From: Kofleriaceae bacterium
GTDB lineage: Bacteria; Myxococcota_A; Polyangia; Haliangiales; Haliangiaceae
NCBI GenBank assembly: GCA_046597055.1
Contig: JBKJLC010000274.1
Coordinates: 1 to 39,769, forward strand
Direction of reading: 5' to 3'
DNA: 39,769 bases
The notes below the pieces were generated by a model, which saw only the letters and a program-made list of their open reading frames with translations, ran no database searches and was not told the origin of the DNA. How positions within the stretch are numbered: the first letter of the stretch is position 1; each line of letters opens with the position of its first letter. Below, piece after piece: positions 7,868 through 19,032 of this stretch. The translations under genes and the position numbers were made by a program.

Positions 7868-10797
7868 CAGCGACCGCGCCGTCCGCGGCCGCGCGGTTTC
7901 GGCTTGGGCGTGGGCTTGGCCGCGTCGTCCTCCTCGGCCGCCGGCAGCCCCATCGACTCGGCCAGGGCGGGGTCGATCAGCGCGGCGACCACGGCGAGCT
8001 CCGCCGGCGTCGCCCCGGCCGCCTTCGCGTCCTGGAGCGCGGTCACCGCCTCGGCCTTCATCGCCTGCTTCTCCTTGTCCTTCTTGGACTCGGTCGAGCG
8101 GCGCGCCAGGGCCTCGGCCCACAGCAGCTTGACCGCGGGCGTCGCCAGCTCGGACTCGCCGAGCACCGGCTTGAGGATCTCGGCCGCGTAGTCGCCGTCG
8201 CCCCGGGCGACCGCAACCTTGGCCAGCTCGATCCGCGCCGGCGAGTAGCCGGGGTTGATCTTCAGCGCCTCGGTCAGTTGCTGGAACGCCGGCTCGAGGC
8301 GGCCCTCGCTGCGCTCGATGGTCGCGAGCGCGACCCGGGTCCGGTACGCGAGCGGGTTGGGCTCGTCTTCGGACACGTTGTCGAGCGCCTGCTCGAGCCG
8401 ACGCCGGGCCTCCTTGGCATCGCCGGTCAGCAGCATCGCCAACCCGTGGGCGTGGCGGCCGACCTTGCTCTTGGCCTTGCGCGAGGTCCGCTCGAGCTCG
8501 GTGGCGGCGTCGTCGCGCGCCTTGCCGGTCGCGGTCAAGGTCATCGCCATCTGCCGCCAGATCTGCACCTCGATCGAGTCGGGCGCGGCCGTGAAGGCGA
8601 GCTCGAGCTCGGCGAGCGCGTCCTTGTACTTGCCGAGGTCGATCAGGGCCTGCCCGCGCAGCAGCTGCGCGCGGGTGCCGTCGAGCTTCGACAGGATCTC
8701 GAGCGCGGCCTCGGGGGTGCCGCCGGCGAGCGCGGTCGCGCCGTTGACCAGCGTCACCAGCGGATCCGGATCTGCCTTGGTCTTGCCGTACCACTTGATC
8801 TCGGCCTGCACGATCGCCGCCTCGGGCAGCCGCCCCTGCAGGATGCGCGCGAGCGCGACCCGGGCGAGGAAGCGCGGCTCCTTGACGGTGGTCGCCTTGG
8901 CCAGCGCCTCGTTCATCAGCACGTTGCGCTCGAGCCCGTGGTACGCGAGCGCCAGCGCGAGCTGCCGGTAGGCGTCGGTCCGGGTGCCGAGCTTCTTGTC
9001 GAGCTTGACGTTGAGATCGTCCATCGCGCCCGGGAGGTCGCTGGCGCGCTCGGCGCGGGCGAGCGACTTGCCGAGCACCGCCAGTGGGTGGTCGGGCGCC
9101 TTGATCAGCGCCTGATCGTAGAGCTTCATCGCCTGGTCGAACGTGCCGTCGTCGACCAGCAGATCGGCGCGCTCGATCTGGGCGACCGCGAGGCCATCGG
9201 CGGGATCGCCGGCGCGCTGGAACGCGGCGGCGGCGTTGGTGCGCTGACCGCCGGCGAGCAGCGCTCGCCCGGCCAGCCACTGGGCCCAGCGATCCTCGGG
9301 ATGGGCAGTGACCCAGGCGTCGATCTCGACCCGCGCGGTGAGCAGCCGGTCAGCCGGGCCCTCGCCGCCGTCGAGCCGCGCCAGCGCCAGCGCGGTGCGC
9401 GCGATCACGAGCTCGCGGTAGCCGGGCTGGCCGGGCTTCTTGATCTCGCGGGCCGCGCCGGCGATCGCCTCCTCGACACCCTGGTCGGGCCCGCCGTAGA
9501 GGAGCACCCGCAGCGCCGCCGACTCGGCGAACGCCGCGAAGGTGACGGTGTTCTTGTCGTCGCGCTTGAGCGCCTGGGTCAACTGGTCGAGCGAGCCGGT
9601 CAGGCCGTCCCAGGTCCCGGTCGCGATCAGCGCGCGGGCCGCGGTGCGGTGGGCCGCGACCGCCGACGCCTTTTGCTGCTCGCTGTAGTACCACCAGCCG
9701 CCGCCGCCCCCGACCCCGAGCACCAGCAGCACGAACAGGAAGATGAAGGCGCGCGTGGTCGACCGGCCCCACCGGCGGTCGGGACGCAGGTCGTAGTCTC
9801 CGTCCGGAACCCGGACGCCCGGCACGTCGAGCAAGCCGCCGGTGAGGAGATCGTTGAGGTAGGTCTCGCCGACCGCGGCCGACTGCCGGAGCGACGCCGC
9901 CGCCGCGTTGATCGGCTTGGCTTGCGGCAACACCCGCGGGCGCACCGGGGCCCCATCGGGCGGCGCCCCGGTCGGGCGGTGGGCCCGCGCCGGACTCGGG
10001 GCCAGCGGCATCCGGCTCGGCGGCGCCGCGGTCCGCTCGGCCGGGCGCTCGGTGGTCTTCTCCTCGCCGCTCCAGGCCAGGCCGCTCGACGGGACGGTCG
10101 GATCGCCGCGCTCGCCGCGGACCTCGGTCTCGTCCGCCGACATCGCGCGATCGCCCAGCATGGGGTTGCCACCGACGGTGGTCGGCCCATCGTCGATCGG
10201 CTCGGGGGCCGGCCGGCGCGACGTGGCCGGCGGTGGCGCCTTGGGCGGGGCCGCGCGCGCTGGCGGGGCCGGTGCGCGCGACGGTGGCGACGGCACGCCG
10301 GGCTCGGGACGAGGGCGGGCCTCGGCGCGCCGGGGTGCGACCGGGGTCGGGATCGGCGGGGGCGCATCGAGCGGCAGACCGCCGCGCGCGATCCGCAGCA
10401 GGTTGAGCACCTGCGGGCTACCCGGGTCGAGGTTCTGCGCGTGCTGCAGCACCGGCACGGCGCGCTCGTAGTCGGCGCGCCGCATCAGCACCTCGCCGAG
10501 CAGCACGAAGCCAGCCCGGTTGGTCCGGTCGACCTTCACGATCCGGAGCAGCTCGGCCTGGGCTTCCTTCCACTGATGAAGGGCGGCGTGGCCCCTGGCC
10601 ACCATCAGGCGACCCTCGTGGTTGTCGGCAGTGTGGCGCAGGCCCGCGTTCCCGACGTCGACCGCCTCGCGGGCCCGACCCAGCGCGAGGTAGGCCTCGC
10701 CGAGGTCGACGAACGCCGGCGACGCGGGGTCGCGGCGGACGAGCTCCACGAGCTCTTCGAGCTCTTCGGCGGTTGGACGCGGTTTGGGCTCGGCCAT
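7867..10797 (-). CDS. Bitopic membrane TPR protein (cytoplasmic TPRs, Pro-rich linker, TM helix, periplasmic TPR array)
   Basis: MAEPKPRPT start at ATG 10797. N-terminal TPRs ([17 protein letters not shown]...), Pro-rich linker, TM helix [22 protein letters not shown], many TPR-like helices, and a basic C-terminal tail. Confidence 0.8.
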   Translation of the reverse strand: MAEPKPRPTAEELEELVELVRRDPASPAFVDLGEAYLALGRAREAVDVGNAGLRHTADNHEGRLMVARGHAALHQWKEAQAELLRIVKVDRTNRAGFVLLGEVLMRRADYERAVPVLQHAQNLDPGSPQVLNLLRIARGGLPLDAPPPIPTPVAPRRAEARPRPEPGVPSPPSRAPAPPARAAPPKAPPPATSRRPAPEPIDDGPTTVGGNPMLGDRAMSADETEVRGERGDPTVPSSGLAWSGEEKTTERPAERTAAPPSRMPLAPSPARAHRPTGAPPDGAPVRPRVLPQAKPINAAAASLRQSAAVGETYLNDLLTGGLLDVPGVRVPDGDYDLRPDRRWGRSTTRAFIFLFVLLVLGVGGGGGWWYYSEQQKASAVAAHRTAARALIATGTWDGLTGSLDQLTQALKRDDKNTVTFAAFAESAALRVLLYGGPDQGVEEAIAGAAREIKKPGQPGYRELVIARTALALARLDGGEGPADRLLTARVEIDAWVTAHPEDRWAQWLAGRALLAGGQRTNAAAAFQRAGDPADGLAVAQIERADLLVDDGTFDQAMKLYDQALIKAPDHPLAVLGKSLARAERASDLPGAMDDLNVKLDKKLGTRTDAYRQLALALAYHGLERNVLMNEALAKATTVKEPRFLARVALARILQGRLPEAAIVQAEIKWYGKTKADPDPLVTLVNGATALAGGTPEAALEILSKLDGTRAQLLRGQALIDLGKYKDALAELELAFTAAPDSIEVQIWRQMAMTLTATGKARDDAATELERTSRKAKSKVGRHAHGLAMLLTGDAKEARRRLEQALDNVSEDEPNPLAYRTRVALATIERSEGRLEPAFQQLTEALKINPGYSPARIELAKVAVARGDGDYAAEILKPVLGESELATPAVKLLWAEALARRSTESKKDKEKQAMKAEAVTALQDAKAAGATPAELAVVAALIDPALAESMGLPAAEEDDAAKPTPKPKPRGRGRRGR

Positions 10798-10866
10798 GCG
10801 CCAGCGGACAGCGTAACCCGGCGGACCGTGGCGGGGCAACGCGCCGGGTCGGCGCTTCCGCGTCGG

Positions 10867-11670
10867 TCAGGATCCGGCGCAGGCGCTCTTCGCGGAATAC
10901 CGCTGGCCGGCACACGATCCGGACGAATAGAACGTCGCGCCGTCACAGCCGCAGTACGGGCGGCGATCCCGGGTACACCCGCGGCGGGCCGGGGCACACG
11001 CGCCCGGGACGTCGGCGCCGCAGCCCTGCCCTTCGCACACGCCCGACTTGCATTCGGTCGCGGCCAGGCACGCGGCACCATCGGCCCTGGGCGCCGGCGG
11101 CGCGCAGGCGCCAGCGGCTGCGTAGCGCTGGCCCGCGCACGACGAGCCCGAGCGGAGCGTGGTCCCGTCGCAGCCACAGAACTGAGTCACGACCTGCGCA
11201 CACACCCGGTCGGCGCCGACGCAGACCCCGGGGGTCGCGGCGCCGCAGCCGAGCCCCTCGCACACGCCACTCGCGCAGTCGGTGCCGGCCTGGCACGCGT
11301 TACCGTCGGGCTGCTTGCACGCGCCGGTGTGCGCGAAGCGCTGCGACGGACACGAGCCCGAGGCCTGGAACGTCACGCCCTCGCAGCCGCAGTACTCGCG
11401 CAGATCCTTCGTGCACGCACGCTGCGCCGACACGCAGGTGCCGCTCTCGGCGCCGCACCCCTCGCCTTCGCACATCCCCGACACGCAGTCGGTCGCGGTC
11501 GTGCAGCGACCGCCATCGGGCAGCTTCACCGTCGGCGCGCCGTGGTCCCAGCCGGTGGTCGGCGTCGGCGAGGGTGTGAACGGACGCGGCGCCCCCGACG
11601 GTGGGCAAGCGGCGACCCCGGCGGTGACGGCGATCGCGGCGGCCGCGATGAAGATGACTCGAACGCGCAT
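10867..11670 (-). CDS. Cys-rich lipoprotein with three tandem ~63-aa, 8-Cys repeats
   Basis: [22 protein letters not shown] lipobox, then 3x [DG..C....(D/E)C.SG.CEG.GCGA...G.C....R.C.......CGC(D/E)G.T......C..QR......AC]. This is the real gene inside the long 10867..12831 antisense ORF. Confidence 0.8.
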   Translation of the reverse strand: MRVRVIFIAAAAIAVTAGVAACPPSGAPRPFTPSPTPTTGWDHGAPTVKLPDGGRCTTATDCVSGMCEGEGCGAESGTCVSAQRACTKDLREYCGCEGVTFQASGSCPSQRFAHTGACKQPDGNACQAGTDCASGVCEGLGCGAATPGVCVGADRVCAQVVTQFCGCDGTTLRSGSSCAGQRYAAAGACAPPAPRADGAACLAATECKSGVCEGQGCGADVPGACAPARRGCTRDRRPYCGCDGATFYSSGSCAGQRYSAKSACAGS

Positions 11671-11709
11671 GCCGAAGATGGTAACGCGCCGGGCTGCTAC
11701 CTTCGCCTC
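11671..11709. promoter_or_regulatory. Back-to-back -10 elements for probably leaderless divergent transcripts
   Basis: TACCTT (11698-11703) lies 6 nt before the aroC ATG. TACCAT on the minus strand (11683-11678) lies 7 nt before the lipoprotein ATG. No Shine-Dalgarno is visible in the 39-bp gap. Confidence 0.45.
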
Positions 11710-12795
<1,086 letters not shown>

Positions 12796-12891
12796 CAGCG
12801 GCTGCGGGCCTCGTCTGCGTCGTTGCGGCACTGGTGCCGGCCCCCAACTTCGTCACGACCAGACGGTCGCGCCTCGTCGGGGCCCCACCGT

Positions 12892-12999
12892 CGCCTCGCA
12901 TCCGGGGCTCCTCGCTCGCTGCTACGACGCCTTGCATCGGAGCCTCCTCGCTCGCTGCTACCACGCCTTGCATCGAAGGCTCCTCGCTCGCTGCCAGCG
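12892..12999. repeat. Three imperfect 36-bp direct tandem repeats (intergenic)
   Basis: cgcctcgcatccggggctcctcgctcgctgctacga / cgccttgcatcggagcctcctcgctcgctgctacca / cgccttgcatcgaaggctcctcgctcgctgccagcg at 12892, 12928 and 12964. Confidence 0.9.
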
Positions 13000-13183
13000 C
13001 TGGCTGACGCCGAGCGGTCACATCGGCTCTGGTCCCGGACCGGGCTGTGGAGCGTGATCGAAAGCGCTCCCTTTTCCGCTGGCCCTGAGCCACGGCTGCG
13101 ACTCATACGGAGCACCCTGCTGCTGGCGGATCCTCCGCATCGCGCGTAGGTGCGCCGGCACCGTCACGAGCCGATTTCCATGC

Positions 13184-15043
13184 GTGATGCGTTCGCGACC
13201 CCGGTCGGCCCCCCGGCTACACTACGGGGTGGCCTGCGCCGTCTGCTCCGGACTCCGTCCGATGTGCCCCGCCTGCCTGGTGCAGGACGGGCTTCGCCGG
13301 GAGCCACCGATCGACGCCGTCGATGCCGCGGCGCCCGACGACGGCCCCGGTCCCGACGACGACAATGACGACGCCGCGACCACCGCGACGTCGGTGCTGC
13401 CGGTCCCCGACGACGGTGAGAACGACGCCGAGGCCGCAGCCACCCGCGACGCACCGGCCGCCTCCCGGGCACCCTCGACGACCACGGCCTTCGTGCGTGA
13501 GGACGCCCTCCGCCGCGACGAGGTCGGGCGGATCGCCGTCTTCGCGCGGCTGACGCTGTTGCTGTGCGTGGCCGGGCTGGTCCTGTCGCCCTTCTACGGC
13601 GGCGACCCGATCGCGTGGCGCGTGCTGGTGGTCGCGCTGCTGGTCGCCGCCGCGGCGTCGACGTTCATCGAGTGGATGACCCGCCGGCCCCGCCGCTACG
13701 ATCGGCGCCGGCTGCTCGCCGCCGTCCAGCTCCAGGAGCTGTGCGCGACCGCAGCCGCGTATTTTTTCGGCGTCTTCTCGCCGTTCCCCGCGGTGGTCGC
13801 GCTCGGCATCTACGTCTACTCGCTCGGCGCGAATGCCGGCGACGCCCGCGCCAGCTACCTGAACCTCGCGCTCGGACAGGCGCTGCTCGGCGGCGCGATC
13901 ATCGCCGGCGTCGTCGTCGACCGCGGCATGGTCCACGCCGAGTACCTCGACGTCATCGAGCAGGTGATGGTCCAGGGCAACGTCCAGTTCGTGTATCTGC
14001 TCGCGTACCTCCTCGGCCGGCTGTCGCGGCGCAAGACCGTCGCGGCGATCGCCGAGCTCGAGGGTGCGGTCCGCGCGATCGCGCAGCGCGACGCGCTGTT
14101 CGAGGAGGCGCGCCAGGAACTCGACCGCGTGGCGCACATCGGCGGCTCCGGCCGCTTCTCCCATCAGCAGCTCGGCCCCTATCGCCTCGGCGTCCTGATC
14201 GGCCGCGGGGCGATGGGCGAGATCTACCGCGCCGAGCACGTCGAGACCGGCGCGGCCGCCGCCGTCAAGGTCCTGCAGCGCCGGGCCTACGGCGACGTCT
14301 CACGCGTGGCGCGCTTCGCGCGCGAGGCCCGGATCGCCGCGTCGTTCACCACCCCCTACGTCGTCCGGATCCTCGACGTCGGCGAGGAGCCGGTGCCGTA
14401 CATCGCGATGGAGCTGCTCGAGGGCGATGACCTCGCGCGGGTCCTGCGCGACCGGCGCGCGCTGACGCTCGACGACACCGTCCAGCTGGTGCGCGAGGTG
14501 GCGACCGGGCTGGCGGCGGCGCACGCGGCCGGCATCGTGCACCGCGACATCAAGCCCCAGAACCTGTTCCGTGCCGAGCATCCCGACGGCGCGCGCTGGA
14601 AGATCCTGGACTTCGGGATCTCCAAGCTCGCCGGCGACACCGGCACGCTGACCGGCGGCGCTCTCGTGGGCACGCCCGCATACATGGCGCCCGAGCAGGC
14701 GGCCGGCGCCCACGTCGACCGCCGCACGGACCTCCACGCGCTCGCCGCCGTGGCCTACCGCTGCGTGACCGGTCACCCGGCGTTCTCCGGCCCCGACCCG
14801 CACGCAGCGATCTACGCCGTCATCCACCGGTTGCCGGTCCGGCCCGGCGAGCTCGCCGCGCTCCCACCGGATCTCGACGCGTTCTTCGCGATCGCGCTCG
14901 CCAAGACGCCGGGCGACCGGTTCACCGACGCCGCGACGCTGGCGCACGCCTTCGCGCAGGCGGCGCGGTCCGAGCTCGGTCTGCCGCTGCGGGACCGGGC
15001 CGCCCGGCTGCTCGCCCTCCGGCCCTGGCACCATGCACGATGA
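13184..15043 (+). CDS. Multi-TM membrane Ser/Thr protein kinase (Hanks type) with N-terminal CxxC-x6-CxxC
   Basis: About 6 hydrophobic helices and a coiled coil, then GRGAMG, AVK, HRDIKPQN, DFG and GTPAYMAPE. N-terminus carries CAVC...CPAC. The start is uncertain. Confidence 0.92.
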   Translation: MMRSRPRSAPRLHYGVACAVCSGLRPMCPACLVQDGLRREPPIDAVDAAAPDDGPGPDDDNDDAATTATSVLPVPDDGENDAEAAATRDAPAASRAPSTTTAFVREDALRRDEVGRIAVFARLTLLLCVAGLVLSPFYGGDPIAWRVLVVALLVAAAASTFIEWMTRRPRRYDRRRLLAAVQLQELCATAAAYFFGVFSPFPAVVALGIYVYSLGANAGDARASYLNLALGQALLGGAIIAGVVVDRGMVHAEYLDVIEQVMVQGNVQFVYLLAYLLGRLSRRKTVAAIAELEGAVRAIAQRDALFEEARQELDRVAHIGGSGRFSHQQLGPYRLGVLIGRGAMGEIYRAEHVETGAAAAVKVLQRRAYGDVSRVARFAREARIAASFTTPYVVRILDVGEEPVPYIAMELLEGDDLARVLRDRRALTLDDTVQLVREVATGLAAAHAAGIVHRDIKPQNLFRAEHPDGARWKILDFGISKLAGDTGTLTGGALVGTPAYMAPEQAAGAHVDRRTDLHALAAVAYRCVTGHPAFSGPDPHAAIYAVIHRLPVRPGELAALPPDLDAFFAIALAKTPGDRFTDAATLAHAFAQAARSELGLPLRDRAARLLALRPWHHAR

Positions 15044-15136
15044 CGCGGTGCTCACGTGCGTCGAGGTTCAGCGAGCCGCGGTCGGTTCACTTCGAGCTGC
15101 GCGCGCTCCCGAACTGCCGGAAAACAAGAGAGAAGA

Positions 15137-15481
15137 ATGAGGTACGTCAACGCTTGTGCCTATTTCTTCAGGTCTGATCGCTCGCTCATGCAGATGTTCG
15201 AAGCTCTGAATGGCCTCGACTTGTGGCGGTGGATCGAGCGAGACAACGATCGGTTCGGCGAGCACATCTCGACGTGCCCTCTGCAAGACCCCGATCGAGG
15301 ATCGATCAGGCTCTTCGCCGAGTCAGACCACTTCGCGATCGACATCGTCCTCATGTCGGAGGACGAGACTGGCGCGCGGGCCGCGTTCACCAACGTTCGC
15401 GAGCAGGTTTTCAAGCAGATCCTGCCGTCCCTGGGCGCGCGAGACATCTCGGAGATCGATCCGAATGCATATCTACGCTGA
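15137..15481 (+). CDS. Hypothetical 114-aa protein, possible orphan immunity protein
   Basis: The ATG at 15137 follows a purine-rich GAGAGAAGA. The ORF is lower in GC than its flanks and encodes a small globular-looking protein (MRYVNACAYFFRSD...LGARDISEID). Confidence 0.55.
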   Translation: MRYVNACAYFFRSDRSLMQMFEALNGLDLWRWIERDNDRFGEHISTCPLQDPDRGSIRLFAESDHFAIDIVLMSEDETGARAAFTNVREQVFKQILPSLGARDISEIDPNAYLR

Positions 15482-15713
15482 GCAGGTCTCGCAGCTTGCG
15501 ATCGTCGCTGGTCAACCGCGGATCGGTCGAGGATCATCGTGAGCCGATCGTGGCTCGATCAAACCCCGGCACGGAGCTCGCTCCAGCCTCACTGCGAAGG
15601 CCCGGCGGCGATGCCGCCGATGCCGCGGTTCAGCAGAAGTCGCTATTCGTCTTTTTCGTGGTGTCGGCCCGACCGGTCCGGACCGCTCGGCGTAACGTCG
15701 GGCGCAATCCCCC

Positions 15714-17766
15714 ATGGGCGGCCCTACCTCCACATCCGTGCTCACGGCCATCACGCAGGCCCGGCTGGTCGAGCTGGCCCGCGGCCTCGGGGTCACCATC
15801 GTCGACCGGGCGCAAGGAGGCGCAGATCGCCCGGCTGCTCGACGCGGCGCCGCTGCGGCTGCCGGCGCTCCTGGGTCACCTCTACCGCGACGAGCTGCGC
15901 GCGGCGTGCCGCGAGCACGGGCTGCCGATCGAGAGCCGGTCGCGCACCGAGCTGGCCGGGCGGCTGCTCGACGCCGCGGGGCTGCCGCGGTCGCGCGACA
16001 CCATCCCGCCGCTGCTGGCGCCCGCCGGGCATCGCGACACGCCCAGGGCGGGCGACGTGGTCATGGTCCGGCGCCGCAACTACCTGGTCGATCGAGTGCA
16101 CGAGCCGGTCGGCCCCGACGACGCCATCCGCGTCGCGCTCATCTGCCTCGACGACGATAACCAGGGCCGCCGCACCGAGGTGCTGTGGGAGCTGGGCGCC
16201 CGGGTGCTGTCCGAGCGCGATCACGGGCTGGGCGACGTCGAGCGGCTCGATCCGCCGCGGACCTTCTCGGCCTACTACAACGCGCTGCGCTGGAACCTGG
16301 TCACCGCCACCGACGCCCGGCTGTTCCAGGCGCCATTTCGCGCCGGGGTGCAGCTCATGCATCACCAGCTCACGCCGCTCAAGCGCGCGCTCGAGCTGCC
16401 GCGCGCCAACCTGTTCATCGCCGACGACGTCGGCCTCGGCAAGACCATCGAGGCCGGCCTGGTCATGCAGGAGCTGCGGCTCCGCAACCAGATCGACACC
16501 GTCCTCATCGTGGCCCCGGCGTCGGTGTGCCCGCAGTGGCAGCGCGAGATGTCGACCCGCTTCGGCCAGGGCTTCGAGCTGTACAACCGCGCGTTCGTGC
16601 AGCGCCGGCGCCAGGACCGCGGGTTCGGCGTCAACCCGTGGGGCACCCACGCGCGCTTCGTCATCTCGTACCAGACCCTGCGCCGCCCCGAGTACAAGGA
16701 GCCGCTGCACCAGATGCTCAAGGAGGGCCGCCGGCGCACGCTGCATGGTGCGGCGGCTCAAGTCCGACCTGCGCGCGCTCGACGTCGCCGACCGCTTCCC
16801 CGAGCGCCAGGTGCTCGGACCACCGCCTTGAGCTCGACGTCGTTGATATCGCTCGAGATCACCGCGGCTGATGCGCCCGAGCTCGAGCTGGCGCGCATGC
16901 TCTCCGAGTACACCCGGCTGATGGCGCCCGCCCGCGGCCGCGATCGCCTGGTGTTCGTGAATCTACAGAAGCGCCTGCTGTCGAGCGTGCCCGCGTTCTG
17001 CCGCACCCTCGACCGCCACGCGCCCGGCACCGCCACCGCGCGGGTCGCCGGCGCCGGGGCCGCCCCCGGGGTCGACCCCGAGCTCGACGACGAGGACGAC
17101 ATCGACGACGAGCTGCGCGACGCAGCCGAGGCCGCCGCCGACGCGGCCCGCGCCGCCCGCCTGCCAGCGCTGCCCGCCACCGCGTCCGACCTGCTGGCGC
17201 GCATGCGTCGGCTGGCCCTGCAGCGCCGCGAGCTGCCGTGCGCCAAGGTCACCGCGCTGGTCGCCTGGATCTGCGCCCACCTGCTCGCGCCCGGCAAGGG
17301 CCGCGGCGCGCCGGCGTGGACCGAGCGCCGCGTCATCGTCTTCACCGAGTACGGCGATACCAAGACCTACCTGGTCGCGCAGCTGGCGGCCGCGCTCGGC
17401 CTCGGCGACGACCCCGACGAGCGCGACGCCCGCATCCTGCAGTTCCACGGCGGCATGTCCGACGATCAGCGCGCCCTGGTCCAGCGCGCCTTCAACGGCC
17501 CGCCCGACGAGTACCCGGTGCGCATCCTGATCGCCACCGACGCCGCGCGCGCGGGCCTCAACCTGCAGGGCTACTGCGCCGACCTGTTTCACTTCGACAT
17601 CCCGTGGAACCCGGCGCGCATGGAGCAGCGCAACGGCCGCATCGATCGCGCCCTGCAGCGCGAGCCGGTGGTGCGCTGCCACTACTTCACGTACCGGCAC
17701 CGGCCCGAGGACCACGTGCTCGACACGCTGGTCAAGAAGGTCGCCATCATCCAGCAGGAGCTGGGG
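15714..17766 (+). pseudogene. drmD: DISARM SNF2-like helicase DrmD, frameshifted, internally deleted and truncated
   Basis: GDVVMVRRRNYLV...LICLDDDNQGRRTEVLWEL, LFQAPFRAG, LFIADDVGLGKTIEAG, MVRRLKSDL, LQKRLLSS, IVFTEY.DT, ATDAA..GLNLQ, FDIPWNPARMEQRNGRIDR. There is a frameshift near 15800. Walker B (DEAH) and motif III are missing at about 16742. The C-terminus is replaced by IS66 sequence. Confidence 0.85.
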
Positions 17767-18627
17767 CACCATCTGCTTGGGATCCGGGTGTCGCTGAGTA
17801 CGCTCAGCGAGTCGGAAGAGATCGTGAGCGACGCGGTCGCGGCCCCCGTCGACGAGGCACGTCTCCACGCGCTGAGCGAGCGGGTCAAGCACGTCGACGC
17901 GACGACGTGGTCGTGCGCCGGCGCCTACCGCTGCTTGTGGACGATGGCCACCGCCGCCGTGACCGTGTTCATGATCGCCACCGATGGCACTCAGGCGAAG
18001 CGGCAGGTCTGGATGTCACGGGTGCGCGGCGTGCTCGTCACCGAGCGCGGTTCGCAGTTCGGCTTCTGGGCGATGGCGCAACGGCAGATTTGCTGGGCCC
18101 ATCTGCTGCGAAAATTCGCGTCCTTCGCGACGCGCAGTGGCGAGGCCGGCCAGCTCGGCGACAAGCTCCTCCTCTGGACTCGGGTGATGTTCCACAACTG
18201 GCACCGCGTGCGCGACGGCACCATGACCCACCGCGAGTTCCGTGAGTTCGCTGGGAACCTTCGACTGGTCATCGAACGACTACTCGAGGAAGGCACGGTC
18301 ACGTCCGGAATCTCCGGCTCGTGCAAGAACATCCTCGACCACCGCGCCGCGCTGTGGCGCTTCGTCAACGACCGCGACGTCGACCCGACCAACAACCACG
18401 CTGAGCGCGAGTTGCGCGGCTTCGTCCTGTGGCGCAAGGGCTGCTACGGCAGCCGCAGCGAGCGCGGCGACGTCTTCGCCGCCAACCTCAAGTCCGTCGT
18501 CCACACCTGCCGCAAGCAGGGCCGCGCCGTGCTGCCGTATCTGACTGCCACCGTCCATGCTGCGCTGCGAGGCGAGGCTGCACCGTCTCTGTTAGGGCCC
18601 GATCAGGAATTAGTTGATCTCGACTGA
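17767..18627 (+). mobile_element. IS66-family transposase (TnpC) C-terminal remnant fused in frame to drmD
   Basis: HVDATTW, RQICWAHLLRKF, LWRFV...VDPTNNHAERELRGFVLWRK..GSRSERG...SVVHTCRKQG. The N-terminal part is absent, VTER replaces the usual V(S/T)DR, and no terminal inverted repeats were seen. Confidence 0.85.
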
Positions 18628-19032
18628 CCTGCACGCCGAGGATGGATCGTGTAGTTCCACTCGCCATGGAAGGGGGCCCTGGTGATCCGTAGGTCCTCCA
18701 TGTCGTCAACGGCGTCGAGGCTCGAGCTGAAGTACGCCGCTGCCTGGACCCACTACGTGCTGCTGCCCGACGGGGACGTCAACGCCTGGAAGGCGCTCGA
18801 CCATCCCGCCCTGCAGCGACGGTCGCGCGCCGTCGTGCCTCGCCCGTGGCCGCCGCCCACCGTTCGGGACGCGGTCGACGGACGCCCACGTTGCGGCACC
18901 TGCGCAGAACCGTCGGAGCCGTGGGTCGGATCCTGAGCCCGGCGCCCGGACGACGGCCCGTATCGCCGCCCCGGCTCGTCGGCAACCTCAGCAGCGACGA
19001 CGCGGTCAACGCGCCGACCGTGGCCAGGGCGA

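Noticed and set aside
12892..12999. Possible mini CRISPR array
   Set aside because: The units are contiguous with only about 5 variable nt, there are no spacer-length unique segments, and no cas genes are in the window.
15223..18627. 1134-aa ORF as a novel helicase-transposase protein
   Set aside because: It is a chimera of non-coding upstream sequence, a broken drmD lacking Walker B, and a truncated IS66 TnpC.
18628..19032. Coding-like fragment (LELKYAAAWTHYVLLPDGDVNAWKALDHP...)
   Set aside because: Probably a gene remnant, but I recognise no motif and cannot assign it to drmMI or anything else.
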